Source: an uncultured virus (IMG/VR IMGVR_UViG_3300008108_005860) (taxonomy: Duplodnaviria > Heunggongvirae > Uroviricota > Caudoviricetes). From it: a DNA stretch of 64,000 nt. The stretch lies in the IMG/VR virus record IMGVR_UViG_3300008108_005860. One strand, given 5' to 3'. Positions within the stretch are counted from its first letter, which is position 1; each line of letters opens with the position of its first letter. This document shows, piece after piece, positions 27,670 to 39,100 of the stretch. The notes under the pieces are model-generated. The model was not told the origin of the DNA, ran no database searches, and saw only the letters and a list, made by a program, of their open reading frames with translations. Position numbers and translations under genes: made by a program.

Positions 27670-28437
27670 TTATCTCCTGCCGCGACTGTTATGGCAGCTG
27701 GAGTGGCACTGAGCGTGACAAACTGTTATACTGACATTAGTGATGGGTCTATTATTGAAAGATTTTTTAAGACTGTTGAAATAGTTATTGATACCCCAGA
27801 CCTCTCTATTGGTGGGATTGGCAGTGTTTTCATTTCCTGCATAGGTGGCATTGGCAATGCTACCATCAAATGTATCTGTGTCAGTGTGTCCGCGCGGAGT
27901 GGTAGGATTTACAAAGCTGGAGGAAAATTGTGCAGTTGAAAAACTTGCTTTGAAAGGTCCGTACACAGATGGTGGTGGTGCAATATCTCCAGTGGTGATT
28001 TTTGTAGCTCTACACCAGTTCACAGTTAAAAAATTCCTGGCCGATTGATACAGCACCGCAGTTGAACTGGGCAGTCCGTTGCCCGAATAGTGGCTGGCAA
28101 AAATAACATAATCTACACTGGGATCACTTGGATATGTTTTTTTAAAATCTCCGGGCACAGCATTGGCGGTGGCCCAGGCATTGCCTGTTGAAGAACCTGA
28201 TCTTCCATTGCCGCCAAATACAGCAATCCATTGTGTATCACCTGTGGGATATTTTGCGGGCAATGTGCCCGAGGCAGGCCCCCAAGCAATGCCATCAGCA
28301 AAATTCACTGTGCTGTTGGCCACATAAGCTACACTGGTGCCGTTGCCCTGTGGGCCAGTGGCGCTGACGGCATCATAGCCAAAAGCGCTGATGAGATTAG
28401 AAGCATTGATAATGTATCCGGACTGTAATTGAGCCAT
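27670..28437 (-). CDS. virion-like protein with C-terminal CHAQCHSSCHNSRGRR (putative modification substrate A)
   Basis: same composition and identical C-terminal 16-mer; shares internal TGDIAP with its neighbour; preceded by TATAAATA. Confidence 0.8.
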   Translation of the reverse strand: MAQLQSGYIINASNLISAFGYDAVSATGPQGNGTSVAYVANSTVNFADGIAWGPASGTLPAKYPTGDTQWIAVFGGNGRSGSSTGNAWATANAVPGDFKKTYPSDPSVDYVIFASHYSGNGLPSSTAVLYQSARNFLTVNWCRATKITTGDIAPPPSVYGPFKASFSTAQFSSSFVNPTTPRGHTDTDTFDGSIANATYAGNENTANPTNREVWGINNYFNSLKKSFNNRPITNVSITVCHAQCHSSCHNSRGRR

Positions 28438-28442
28438 AATAC

Positions 28443-28450
28443 TATTTATA
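28443..28450 (-). promoter_or_regulatory. T4-type late promoter consensus TATAAATA
   Basis: exact TATAAATA on the - strand 5 nt upstream of ATG 28437; related TAARTA motifs precede several other genes. Confidence 0.65.
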
Positions 28451-28456
28451 CAAAAT

Positions 28457-29530
28457 TTAAACTGGGACTATTTTAAACATTTTGGCGGGAATTTTGTAGG
28501 AATCTTGGGCTGTACCATACTTTAGTTCTCGCATGAGGCTCTTGGGCGCACCGCAAACGTCGCCTTGCCAGCTCAATTGATGACAATCTGATCCGCATTT
28601 GTCAAATACATCACAGTCATAACACAGGGTATTCCTGTGCGATTCGCAGGCTATGTTGTTTATGCGCTGCGGGTGGGTCAGGACATCTTGTATGCCCATG
28701 GAAATATGTCCAAAATTTTCTTCGGGCGCAGCATTGGGACAGCCACCTATTGTTCCATCCGCATTGATGGTAAAAAGTTTTTGTTCGCAATCTCTGCAGA
28801 AAGTTCCTGCTCCAGTAATGTTACGTTCGAACTTGCTGTAGATATTTTCCATGAACTCATTGGCAAACCACGATCTTGCATCGTATTGCTGTATCTGACG
28901 GTGCATTTTTAAAAACCATTGATCCTGATCTAGATTTCGGGGGAAAATATCTGGATGCTGTCTAGCATTGCCGTTGTTGGTCAAGCGTTCTAGATCCATT
29001 TCTTGAACACCTAAATCTCGCACCCAGCGCAGCAGTTCAATGGGTTCTATATTGATAGTATCCCGTGTGACGCTGATAAACAGTTTTATGGACACTCCTA
29101 GGCTCAGCAACCTTTCAACGTTTCTGCGCCACAATGATTCTTGTCTAACATTGGCAAATCTAATAGCCGGATCCCAACTGGTGCCTATGCGTCGACCCAA
29201 TGGACCCAAGATGAAATCTTCAATGTCTTGATTTAGTTTAAAGGTTAGATTACTGGTGCAGCCAAATGAAGCAACATCAAAAGTATCACGCAATTGATCA
29301 TATACACGGATCATATCTTGCACTGGGGCCAGAAATGGTTCGCCACCGTGGAATTCATAGTGCATGGTGTGCCCTGCGCCCACGTGCTGGTGGAAACGCT
29401 GGAAAAAATCAATCACGTGATCTGGATTCCAGAATATCTTACGCCCTTGGGTACCAGATGTAAAACAATGCCGGCAATTTAAATTACAGGTTTCAGTGGT
29501 CTTGAGATAACTTAGATAATTCATTGACAA
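28457..29530 (-). CDS. radical SAM/SPASM protein (peptide-maturase-like)
   Basis: LKTTETCNLNCRHC, FHGGEPFL; FCRDC...INADGTIGGCPN...CYDCDVFDKCGSDC...C SPASM-like domain. Confidence 0.9.
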   Translation of the reverse strand: MSMNYLSYLKTTETCNLNCRHCFTSGTQGRKIFWNPDHVIDFFQRFHQHVGAGHTMHYEFHGGEPFLAPVQDMIRVYDQLRDTFDVASFGCTSNLTFKLNQDIEDFILGPLGRRIGTSWDPAIRFANVRQESLWRRNVERLLSLGVSIKLFISVTRDTINIEPIELLRWVRDLGVQEMDLERLTNNGNARQHPDIFPRNLDQDQWFLKMHRQIQQYDARSWFANEFMENIYSKFERNITGAGTFCRDCEQKLFTINADGTIGGCPNAAPEENFGHISMGIQDVLTHPQRINNIACESHRNTLCYDCDVFDKCGSDCHQLSWQGDVCGAPKSLMRELKYGTAQDSYKIPAKMFKIVPV

Positions 29531-29994
29531 TCTATCAAGTAAGATTCTAAGCCAAAACTCAGCATGAGACTGTCTTCCTGGTTGACAGCTTCATGTGGTA
29601 CATTGGCTGGAATCAACAGTGTATCACCTGCTGTGAGTGTGCGCCATTCTCCGTCCACAATCATATTTTTGGTGCCTTCAATCACTTCTAAAAATACTGG
29701 CATGGGATCTGAGTGTGAGCCAAAACTCTGCGAACCCGGAAAGGCTCTGTAAGCGTGACAAGTCACTGGCCCAACATGATCATACATGATTTTCAAACCA
29801 GCACATTTTATAGCCAACTCGCGAGAGTAGCGTTCTAGGCCTTCGAGTTTGATGGCATGACCATTGTAAAGTTTTGATAATTCAGCGTGATTGTGAACAA
29901 GATAGTGTCCACCATTTTTTATCACGCTGATCAAATTATGCCTATAAACAAACTCTCGGCCAATAAAGGCTTTGAATTCGTTTATGCTATTCAT
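29521..29994 (-). CDS. JmjC/cupin-type oxygenase (ROXA/YcfD-like)
   Basis: CHAY...SFGSHSD...VIEGTK...LTAGDTLLIPANVPHEA: HxD...H triad and conserved Lys. Confidence 0.75.
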   Translation of the reverse strand: MNSINEFKAFIGREFVYRHNLISVIKNGGHYLVHNHAELSKLYNGHAIKLEGLERYSRELAIKCAGLKIMYDHVGPVTCHAYRAFPGSQSFGSHSDPMPVFLEVIEGTKNMIVDGEWRTLTAGDTLLIPANVPHEAVNQEDSLMLSFGLESYLIDCQ

Positions 29995-29996
29995 CG

Positions 29997-32402
29997 TTAC
30001 AGTATAACAGCCTCAACCATTGCTTCAGTACCAGGTTCTGCATAAGCATTATGTAGTGCTATGGCAATCGGTACATCATTATTTCTGGCACATACACCAG
30101 GAACGTCACTGGGACCCAGTTTATCACCTTTATGGACCACGCCCGTGAATCTAACTGGCACGCGGCCGCGCAAGGCCACAGGAACACCGCCCACCAATGA
30201 CATATTCATTAGATATGCAGGATTGGTCGATATCACTCCCAGGGGATGATCTTGATTGGTACACTCAGTAATTTCGGCATCTCCGCCTACGGTTACCAAG
30301 GTTCCAGCAACGTATTCTCTATCTGCTAGATAAAGTTCGGCCAAGTCAGCATAACGTGCATATGTAGCGATACCAATAAAATTGTTGGCTGTGATATTAC
30401 CGCCACTGTCTCTCAGTGCAGTGGTATTTGCTGTGCCTAGTATGGTAGCAGGATATACTGTGCTACTAAAATATGTGCCCACAGCGTTGCCTACCGCACC
30501 ATTGGCGTGTAACATTCCACCAATGGCTCCACGATATAGTCCAGTGTGATAACCACCTGTGCCTGTGATATAAAGATTGCTTACCGCAGCACCGTTGAAG
30601 CTGCTGTTAGAAACGGCACCATCGGCAAAGATATTACCAGTGGCGCGTAGATCTCCTAGGCTGCCACCAACGTTGGGATAATCGCTGGTTATATTCAAAC
30701 TGCGATTGAGTACCCAGCGCTGGGCATCGTAGCCCGGACTGCCCGAACCCGAGGCTTGCACCACTCCTGTGAACTTCAATTGGTTACTTGCACCAACGTT
30801 GGCTGCATTGCCTAAAAGTATGCCAGCGCCAGTTAATCCAGTAATGATATTGGCAGTGACTGTGTTGTCCGACAATGTGATATCTTTGTCAGCAGTGGTA
30901 ATGGTTTCTACGTTGGTTTCAACTGTGTTGCCCAGCACATAAAGATTACCCTGGATGCGCACATCTCTGTAAAAATCATACAGCACATTGGCTGTGAGAT
31001 TGGTAAATGTCAGGATGTCGCCTACTCCACCGGGAACTGTGCTGGTGCCCCAGGTATGGATGATACCCACATTGCCGTTACCAAGATTGTTTGGAGGACG
31101 TCCAATGTATACAGCATTGTTGAAACTACCGGTGCCATTGGCACCCACGATTCGGATATTGCCTTCGCCTGTGGTAGTGTTACCGTCACCTACATAGATT
31201 CCGCCGTCGGATGGTATGGCTATGTCTGTGATGTTGGCTGCAGGCAAGTCGCCTAGCAAAGCGCCAGACAAGTTACCAAAAAATGTTTTGGCATATACCG
31301 CATTCAATGCTGTGCCAGTATTGGGATTCTGTCCCAGATTGACATTGCTGTATCCAGTGAATCCGTTGCCAAAACTTACAATGATGTCGCCACGTACAGC
31401 CAAGGCAGCGTTGCCAATAGCATTGTTAGATGCATCAAAGGCTGCTTCTTGTATGCCCAGGCCTTTGACATAGGGTTGATATTTGCTGCTGGGCTGTATC
31501 ACACCATATATCTGTGTGTTGGTATTGCCCATGGTATTAAATATGGCAGAATTTCCAGCCACAGATGCGAGATAACTGGCTCCATAGGCTGTGATGCCTT
31601 GACTTGTGGTAATGCCGTTGCCAGCTATCTGTGTAAATGTTCCAGGATTAGCACTGTTGCCTACAGCAATATAATTTAACAATCCACCGTTATATGCGCC
31701 CAACTGCGTAATATTAGCCTGCACTCCATTAAGATTGCCATAGATGCCTTGTCCGCGTACATCCAGGAAGGATGTGCTGTTGTTGGCACCATTGCTGAAT
31801 CTACCAACGTACATACTGTCAGTGATATCTGCAGTGTTACCATATAAATTGTTGACATCGATGCGGCCGTCGCCGGTGTTGGTTGTGAAGTTGCCTACGT
31901 TGGCATTGATCACAGCCACATTTACTGTGTCTTGACGTGTAAGCGGGCCAATGGCTTGCCAGCCCGGATTTCCAAATGTGGTTTTTGTAGTGTCTCCACT
32001 GTACACTATCAACTGCGCAATGTTGCTTGCGCTGTCAACATACATCCATTGATCACCCTTGGCAGGTGCGCTGGGCGCATTGGCCGAGCGTGCTGGCATG
32101 ACTCCTTGCCAGGTAATGGCATTTCCAGTATATGTTGCTCCGTTGGGTATGTTGCCCTGTGTGGCGATTTTTAACTGTGTGTTGGTTAGATCATACCAAA
32201 GTTGTCCTGTCAATGCGTTGGTGGGACGATTGTTGGCTGTGGCTGCACCTGATTCCAGTAAGCGTATAAAATCCTGATCTACGAACTGTCCATAGTTGGC
32301 AAAGTCGCGACCAATCAGCGTCATGGTTGACGTTTGGTTAATGGTTCCATCCGCTATGTTAGCGAATATTGCACCTCGGGTTAGCGTAACTGAATAAGGC
32401 AT
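29997..32402 (-). CDS. tail fibre/spike with C-terminal intramolecular-chaperone (autoprocessing) domain
   Basis: N-terminal LIGR..YG...GQLWYD attachment module; G/N/T-rich beta repeats; C-terminal YADLAE...GVISTNPAYLMN...VALRGRVPV. Confidence 0.82.
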   Translation of the reverse strand: MPYSVTLTRGAIFANIADGTINQTSTMTLIGRDFANYGQFVDQDFIRLLESGAATANNRPTNALTGQLWYDLTNTQLKIATQGNIPNGATYTGNAITWQGVMPARSANAPSAPAKGDQWMYVDSASNIAQLIVYSGDTTKTTFGNPGWQAIGPLTRQDTVNVAVINANVGNFTTNTGDGRIDVNNLYGNTADITDSMYVGRFSNGANNSTSFLDVRGQGIYGNLNGVQANITQLGAYNGGLLNYIAVGNSANPGTFTQIAGNGITTSQGITAYGASYLASVAGNSAIFNTMGNTNTQIYGVIQPSSKYQPYVKGLGIQEAAFDASNNAIGNAALAVRGDIIVSFGNGFTGYSNVNLGQNPNTGTALNAVYAKTFFGNLSGALLGDLPAANITDIAIPSDGGIYVGDGNTTTGEGNIRIVGANGTGSFNNAVYIGRPPNNLGNGNVGIIHTWGTSTVPGGVGDILTFTNLTANVLYDFYRDVRIQGNLYVLGNTVETNVETITTADKDITLSDNTVTANIITGLTGAGILLGNAANVGASNQLKFTGVVQASGSGSPGYDAQRWVLNRSLNITSDYPNVGGSLGDLRATGNIFADGAVSNSSFNGAAVSNLYITGTGGYHTGLYRGAIGGMLHANGAVGNAVGTYFSSTVYPATILGTANTTALRDSGGNITANNFIGIATYARYADLAELYLADREYVAGTLVTVGGDAEITECTNQDHPLGVISTNPAYLMNMSLVGGVPVALRGRVPVRFTGVVHKGDKLGPSDVPGVCARNNDVPIAIALHNAYAEPGTEAMVEAVIL

Positions 32403-32427
32403 TTCTTGCTCCGTTATTGATATTTAT

Positions 32428-33033
32428 TTAGGCCGCGCTCAAGTTAGTCAGCGTCTGTATCCTAACTGTGTATTCTATCTGTATCTGTCGATTTAGACTT
32501 TTTTGCACGGGATGGAAAATCACGTGTGTTACCAAGCGCAGGGGAAGATCTTGCCCTTGCCAGGTTTTTAGTCCTATTTCGTCAAACACATACTCTCCAT
32601 TAAAATTTGTGCTGTTATCAAAAGCCTGCTGATCACTGGGCTCACCGTAGTCCAACAAACAAGTTACCACGATATCTGTGTAGACTCTACCAGGTATGTG
32701 TACCACTGTGAGATAGTTGCGTAGTGGATCAGGATTGGCTGCTGAATTATCGTCTACTACTTTGGCATATGTTTGATTGTATAAATCAGCATTTTGATTC
32801 ACTGTGTTAGGCGGCAAGTATGTGATCACGCCTGTTGCATCTACTGTGCTGCCACCGTTGCCAAAAGCCATTTCATAGATATATCCTGTGTTGCGATTGG
32901 CCAGGCTTTCTGCTAGACTGCGACTCATGTTCTCGTAGTGTATGGCATTCTTTTTGTCAACAAATACCTGTCCTGTTTTGGGATCCGAGATTTTGACAAA
33001 TCCTTGTATCATCGCTGGAACGCTAGACAGCAT
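32428..33033 (-). CDS. putative virion structural protein
   Basis: KKNAIHYEN...MAFGNGG...FDEIGL...THVIFHPVQKSLNR; located in the tail module; start may be 33012. Confidence 0.7.
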   Translation of the reverse strand: MLSSVPAMIQGFVKISDPKTGQVFVDKKNAIHYENMSRSLAESLANRNTGYIYEMAFGNGGSTVDATGVITYLPPNTVNQNADLYNQTYAKVVDDNSAANPDPLRNYLTVVHIPGRVYTDIVVTCLLDYGEPSDQQAFDNSTNFNGEYVFDEIGLKTWQGQDLPLRLVTHVIFHPVQKSLNRQIQIEYTVRIQTLTNLSAA

Positions 33034-33176
33034 TATCCTCTCCCCCGATAGTGCATCTGTTGATTTTTTGGATCAAAGATACGGATATGATCTTGTACCA
33101 AAATACCCAGATTTTCATCCACAGGTTTTGTGGGTTTCTGGGATTGTTGTTTGTTTTGTGGCTCTTGATTTTGCAT
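33033..33176 (-). CDS. small hypothetical protein (47 aa)
   Basis: ATG 33176 follows TAAATA; HIRIFDP echoes FVKISDP at the start of the next gene. Confidence 0.6.
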   Translation of the reverse strand: MQNQEPQNKQQSQKPTKPVDENLGILVQDHIRIFDPKNQQMHYRGRG

Positions 33177-33195
33177 TCTGTTATTTATCGCTATT

Positions 33196-36100
33196 TTATA
33201 CGTCACCTTGCAGGAATCGACCTGCAACTGTGGGTTGATGCTGCAGTCTTATACCATCTCCTGTGGCATTGTACCAATTTTTGCTAGAGTCAATACCAAC
33301 TACCACTGTTACCCCATTGGCTGGTGCTTCTGCCAGTGTAACTACAGCAGGCATCACACCCACTGAATAATAATCTGCGGCGATAGTGATTATAGCGTTG
33401 GCTGCGGGCGTTTGAGCAAATGCTACCTGAACTGGGTCGGTATCTATCACAGCATATGTGTCACTGATATGCACCCAAGAATTACCATTGGGTGGGGGAT
33501 CTATCACTACATTGGGATGACTATTGCTCAACGAAATGCCGGTGGGTATTACCACTTGATTGTTGATCACCACTATAACATTGGCCACGTTGCTGACAGA
33601 AACATTATTGGCTATAAACACGTTGGTATAGTTATCGCCAAAGAATACATTGGCATTGGGTGTGGGCAGCAGTGCTCCGTTGATTGCTACCATGACTTGA
33701 TCATAACGGTCAACTGCGATATTACCTATGTCGCTGCCAGAAACGTTGGAATCTGTGGCAGTAAATGTATTGACCACGCCGTCGGCTGTAATACTGGCCA
33801 TACGCATGGCGATCTCTGTTCCTGCCACGGCCAATCTAACTTCTTGTTGGATATCAGCCATTATGGTAGCAGTGGCAAAAGTACGGGTGTTGCCATCTCC
33901 TGTGAACTGCTCAGCCGTTATGCGATCTCTATAGGCTATGGGAATGATGTTGGGTGTGGCAGCATCTACTACCGTACTGCCCACTTCGTGATCCTGTGCG
34001 GCAGTTCCACCGATGCCACGTATCAATCCCGATATGGTATTATTGCTATAGTCGATGTATCTGTAGGCCAAACGCTCCGATCCTACAAATGCTACTCCAA
34101 TCTGATTCAGTGACAGTTGTGGCAATGATAACTTAGATGCGTCTTCTAGATAAATGATGTCATCGGTGAATTGTACCCTTACCGTAGTCTCTGTGACATT
34201 GAGTTCTGTCATACGGTACACAGCGGTGTTGTCATTCATGTCTTTCCAGACTTTGAAATCCAATTCATCGGGCACTGAATTCTGGCTGGAATCAAGAATT
34301 TGCACTACATCTGTGTCGGGCAGGCCGTTGGCCACGATACGCACAGCAGAGCCTTCGGCGACATAATCTTCGTTAAAGAATAATCTGTTGCCATTGAGCG
34401 TGGTCCATGGTCTGTAGCCGTTGGTCACGGGATCCTGCACAGGATAGACATTTTCGATCTGTGTGGGAGTAAATGTCACTGTTATATTAGATCTAGAAGA
34501 ATACTGTGTGGTATCGATATAGACCTGACGTTGAGCATAATCTGTGCCTGTGACCAGTGTGTTGGTGCGTAGATAATTACCAGTTACCAGCATACCTGGT
34601 ACGATTCTTGTAAAGTCAGGAACAAAGGACAAGGGATAGTACTCTGCTGTAAAGGTTGTGGCGATATAACTTTGCGTACCTATCTGCTGACTTCCTGCTG
34701 ACTCGCCTACGCTGACAAACTGACTGGTGGTCTGATCATAGGCCACGCTGGTAATATTAGCGCTGGTCAAGGGTTGCATTTCTGTCCACGTAGAAGCGTT
34801 GTCGTAACCATTCCAAACCGTACCATTCTGTCCCACCAAGACAAATTTATTAGCACCATAAGCGACGGAATTCCAATTGATCATATCAGTGACAATGGTT
34901 ACATTGCTGTTGACGCTGACATTACTGGTCATCAGTATGGTGACATTGGGATTGATAGCAGTCACGGCATAGTCTACTCCGCGTGTCAAAGCATTGCCGT
35001 TTAATAATACTGAAATTTCCTGTGTATCTGTGGCCAGCAGTGTAGAAGTTGTGGTTGTGAATGTGCGATTATTGGCGTTAGACTGAATAAAAGATTCTGA
35101 TCCTGATTCTGAGATCAATACAAAACTGTTGCCAAATGAATCAACACTGACTACAAGTGCGCCATTTTCCCCGCCTATCACTGTCTTGACTGTGCTGCCT
35201 GTGACAGCTACATTTACACAACGTAAATTTGAAGATGTGGGTACTAACATCCTTGACCATACCTGACCATCTGCAGATTTGTAGGCCTGCCCTGAATCGC
35301 CCACAGCGATAAATGCCATGGGACCCGAATTAGCACCTGTGTAAGTTATGTCTCTAAAGGTCGCAGTGCTACCTATGTCATACACCGTCCAAGTGTTGGC
35401 ATCGGTACTGACCAAACTCTTGCCGTTGCTGCCTACTGCTACAAACTTTCCTAGTCCAAAGGTCACTGATTCGATATTTTCATCGGTGGTGGCATCTACA
35501 CGCACAAAGTCGCTGCTGCTGCCAATACTGCGATATATGGTGCCGTTGTCTCCAACTAGCACGTAGGTATCTCTGGAACTTTGGTATCCATATTCGCTGT
35601 CATTCAAGGGCCATTCTTGATTATAGGCCTGCCAAGTGGCTACATTTGATGTACGTAGGATAGTACTACGGCTACCAACAGCACACCAATCTCCTACAGT
35701 ATTGCCGCTGGCTATCACACCCCAGATATCCTGTGTAGTGCCATCGCTGGTTGCAGCCTGCTGCCAAGATCCATTGGCTCCCGATGTGCTGTAAGCAATC
35801 ACACCACCTGCAGCCACGTAAGCATAATTACCACTGGCATAAGCGCCCTGAGCGATATTGGCAGTAGTTCCGCTAGTTATCTGTTGCCAGCCCTGTGCCA
35901 CGTCGTTGCTGAGGTAAAGATTGCCGCCTAAGCCGCCGGCTAAAAATACATTGGCGTTGCCGATGCTGCTGCCAAACACTGTGTTCAACGTTACCGCCGC
36001 ATTGGGTGCAACATTGCCTTCAAACCATGTGATATTATCATCACTGTAAATGGTAGTGCTTTGGTCGCCTACTGCCAACCAATAGTTGCCTATATAGTTA

Positions 36101-39100
36101 ACATCATTTAAATTTTCAGTGGTTATATCCACGATAGATGCAGTGACTTCAGCTACAGCACCACCGGCTGTTGGCGGATAACTGACAGAAACGTTAGGAG
36201 CAAATTCATATCCCGATCCACGCTCTGTGATTATGATGCCGGTTACCCCAGCATCGTAGTATTCACCAAATACCGCTGCAGCATTTCTACCGTTATCTCT
36301 GGCAGCAAATGTTGTAAACGGATCAACTTGATAGTAAAGGGGCGGAAATACGCCAATACTGCTATTACCTGTATAAATTGTCGTGACGTTTCCGATATAC
36401 ACCTGATTGTTGCTATTGTCGGTAAACTCTATGTTCATACCAATCTGCAGTTCTGCTATGCTGTCCAGAACTATGTAACTCTGATAGACGTTACCTGTGG
36501 TAAGACTATTGCTGTATCCTGCCACTGTATAAGGAGTAAACGATACGGTAGGACTATTGTTAGCAGCTGATGTCAAATCGTAGGAACTATAGTTGACGCC
36601 ATAGCTAGTCATCTGCAAGAGATTTAAATTGCCAGTGACTGCTGCGATAGCAGTGGCCGAAATAGACGGTACATCGTTGCCCACAGGTGTTATAGTCACT
36701 TGTATGTCGTTGAATACAGTACTATATCCTGTGCCGCCTGAAAGCAGTGTGATAGAAGTAATATTGCCATTGGCGTTTAGTGTGGCCACCGCATTGGCTC
36801 CGGTACCACCTATGCTGTCGGTGAATCCAATTATGGGAGCAGTATTATAACCAGTGCCGCCGTTGACCAATCCAATATAGGTCACAGGGCCTGTCAAAGT
36901 AAGATATGCATTGGCTGTGGCTCCCGATGGTACATTACCCGAGAACGTGGTGATGTTTGACTGAGAGATTACTACGTTGGGAGGACGTCCATACAACACA
37001 CCGGTGTTGGCGATGTCGATACGACCTACTCCACCTTCGATAGCAGGAAAACCCAAAGTGGTAATACCTGTTCCGTTGAAAGGTCCTTGGAATTGTACTG
37101 TGGGCGGTGCTACATAACTGTTGCCCGGATTAACAACAGTGGTAGCAGACACATATCCAAAGAATCTACGTACCCAGACACTGCCATCGGAACTGGCCAG
37201 CATCATAGCATTTTCACCTGCCGCGATAAATTCAGCGCCGTCATAACTAACAGAACTTAAATTTTCAACAGTACCACTGGTTTCCTGTGTCCAATTCAGT
37301 GCATCGGCGCTGGCGAATATCACGCCACTGTCACCAACAATCACAAACTTTCCTGCGCCATAAGCCACAGCGCGGAAAGCATAAGTGTTCAAGGGCAGGG
37401 CGAAACCTTCCTGTGTCCAATTTACGCCATCACTACTACGCAGAATATTGCTTTCTAGACCCACCGCTATATAGTATCCTGTTCCACCTATATTACCATA
37501 GGCCACACTACGCAATGGCAACAGTGCCACGGGATCAATGTTGGTCCACTGGCTAGCATTGTTACTCATAAGGATATTATTGTTATCGCCCAGTGCCAAG
37601 ATGTTTGGACCAGTGCTGAGACCATATAGTGTGTTGTTCAAATAGGGAGCAGTGATGTTACTGTACTGTCTTGTCCATATCTGTCCATTACCTGGCAAGG
37701 CTCGATCTACTGCCACTGCCCAGTTGGTCTGCAGATCTCTGTTCTTGAACTCTCTGACTTGTTCTACTGCAGTTCCATAGGGTATACCTGCGCCGGACAC
37801 CAAGTCGCCCACATTGATATATTGTCCATCTAATACTATCAAGACGTTGCCATAACTCAACATTTCTGAAGGTATGGCAGTGTTAGCCGAGTTGCTGGTG
37901 CCGTTGGGGTAAGGATTGAGATTGCCTATGTCAATGCCCGAACCATAGGCTGCGTAGTCAAACCACAGACCCTGGCTATTCCAGATACCGGCGGTATCAG
38001 TGCCCACTGTAATAAAGTTATTGCCGGCAGCCCAACGACCGTTGGTGCTGATAGACAATTCAGGAGTCACTGGAATAATGGTCTGTCCCAGAGATACTGT
38101 GTTGAGGAAATTCTGTTCAGCGGTTTCTTGCCAAGTTGTCAAGCCAATATTGGAACTGGCTGCAGGCAATGCCGAGGAATAGATATGAAGATTACTGCCA
38201 CCAACATCAAAGAAATATTCAGCAGCAGCCCAGACCGCAATCACTATCCTTGTGCCTGCAGCAGGAGCATCACCGAATACAATATCATAAGTGTCAGTGA
38301 TCTCTTGATATCCGCTAGTCCAGATACTAGTAGTCACTGCCTCATTGTCGAGATACACTATGACGTCGTCTGAAACTATAGCGTTGGGGGCTACGTCTCT
38401 TTGCCATCCTGCAGCAAATGTAGTTTGTGTGCCATCGGCCGTGTATTCTACACAGTGCGGGCCACGCAGTCTGCTGCCTTCTAATTCTACTATAGCCGCT
38501 ATGGGATTGGTTCCAGTCAATGAGTTGGTCACAGCAAACACGTTTGCACTGCTGCTGCCTGTATAGTATTCTACCACAGGTAGACTGTAACTATAGTTGG
38601 TGCTTTGATATCTTTCGCCTATCACTGTGTAATCGACTCTGCTGTTGGCTGCAACAGCGTTGGCAAAATTAATTCTAGTAATAGGATAGATGTCATTGTC
38701 ATCGGGCAATGGTTCTTCGGGACGGTAAGCAGCAATGGTATAATCTGTGCCCTGTGTCAAAGCTTGCCCATTCACAAACACTGGCAAGGACCATACCTGT
38801 GTGTACTGCACTGGTACATCTATGTTGCCGTTGGCGCCGACACCATCCACATAAACTTCGCTGGAGCGCAATATCTGATTGCCGCCGCCCAGTCCCACTG
38901 CGATGATCATTATCTGCTCGTTGACAGTGGGCGCAGTGGTCAATTCAATGTTTTGCAGTTGCCAGTCAATGACATAATCAACTGATTCCTGCAGGCGGAG
39001 TTTTTCTCCTGTGCCTGATTTTTTGAACACCAGTACCTGTTCGGGGAATTTAATCAACAGTTGGAAACTGTAGGTATCAGTGACTCCATCTCCTGCAACG

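Noticed and set aside
26924..27720. CHAQCH / CHSSCH read as c-type heme-binding motifs
   Set aside because: Spacing is CxxxCH and overlapping, not CxxCH; no signal peptides and no cytochrome c maturation genes in the window
17459..29994. Cluster as a DNA hypermodification (7-deazaguanine-type) or cofactor (PQQ, MoCo, heme) pathway
   Set aside because: No FolE, QueC, QueD, DpdA or other pathway partners recognisable; context is structural genes. Disfavoured, not excluded
33033..33050. HYRGRG C-terminus as a third copy of the tag
   Set aside because: Lacks the CHxx repeats; resemblance to SRGRR is probably chance
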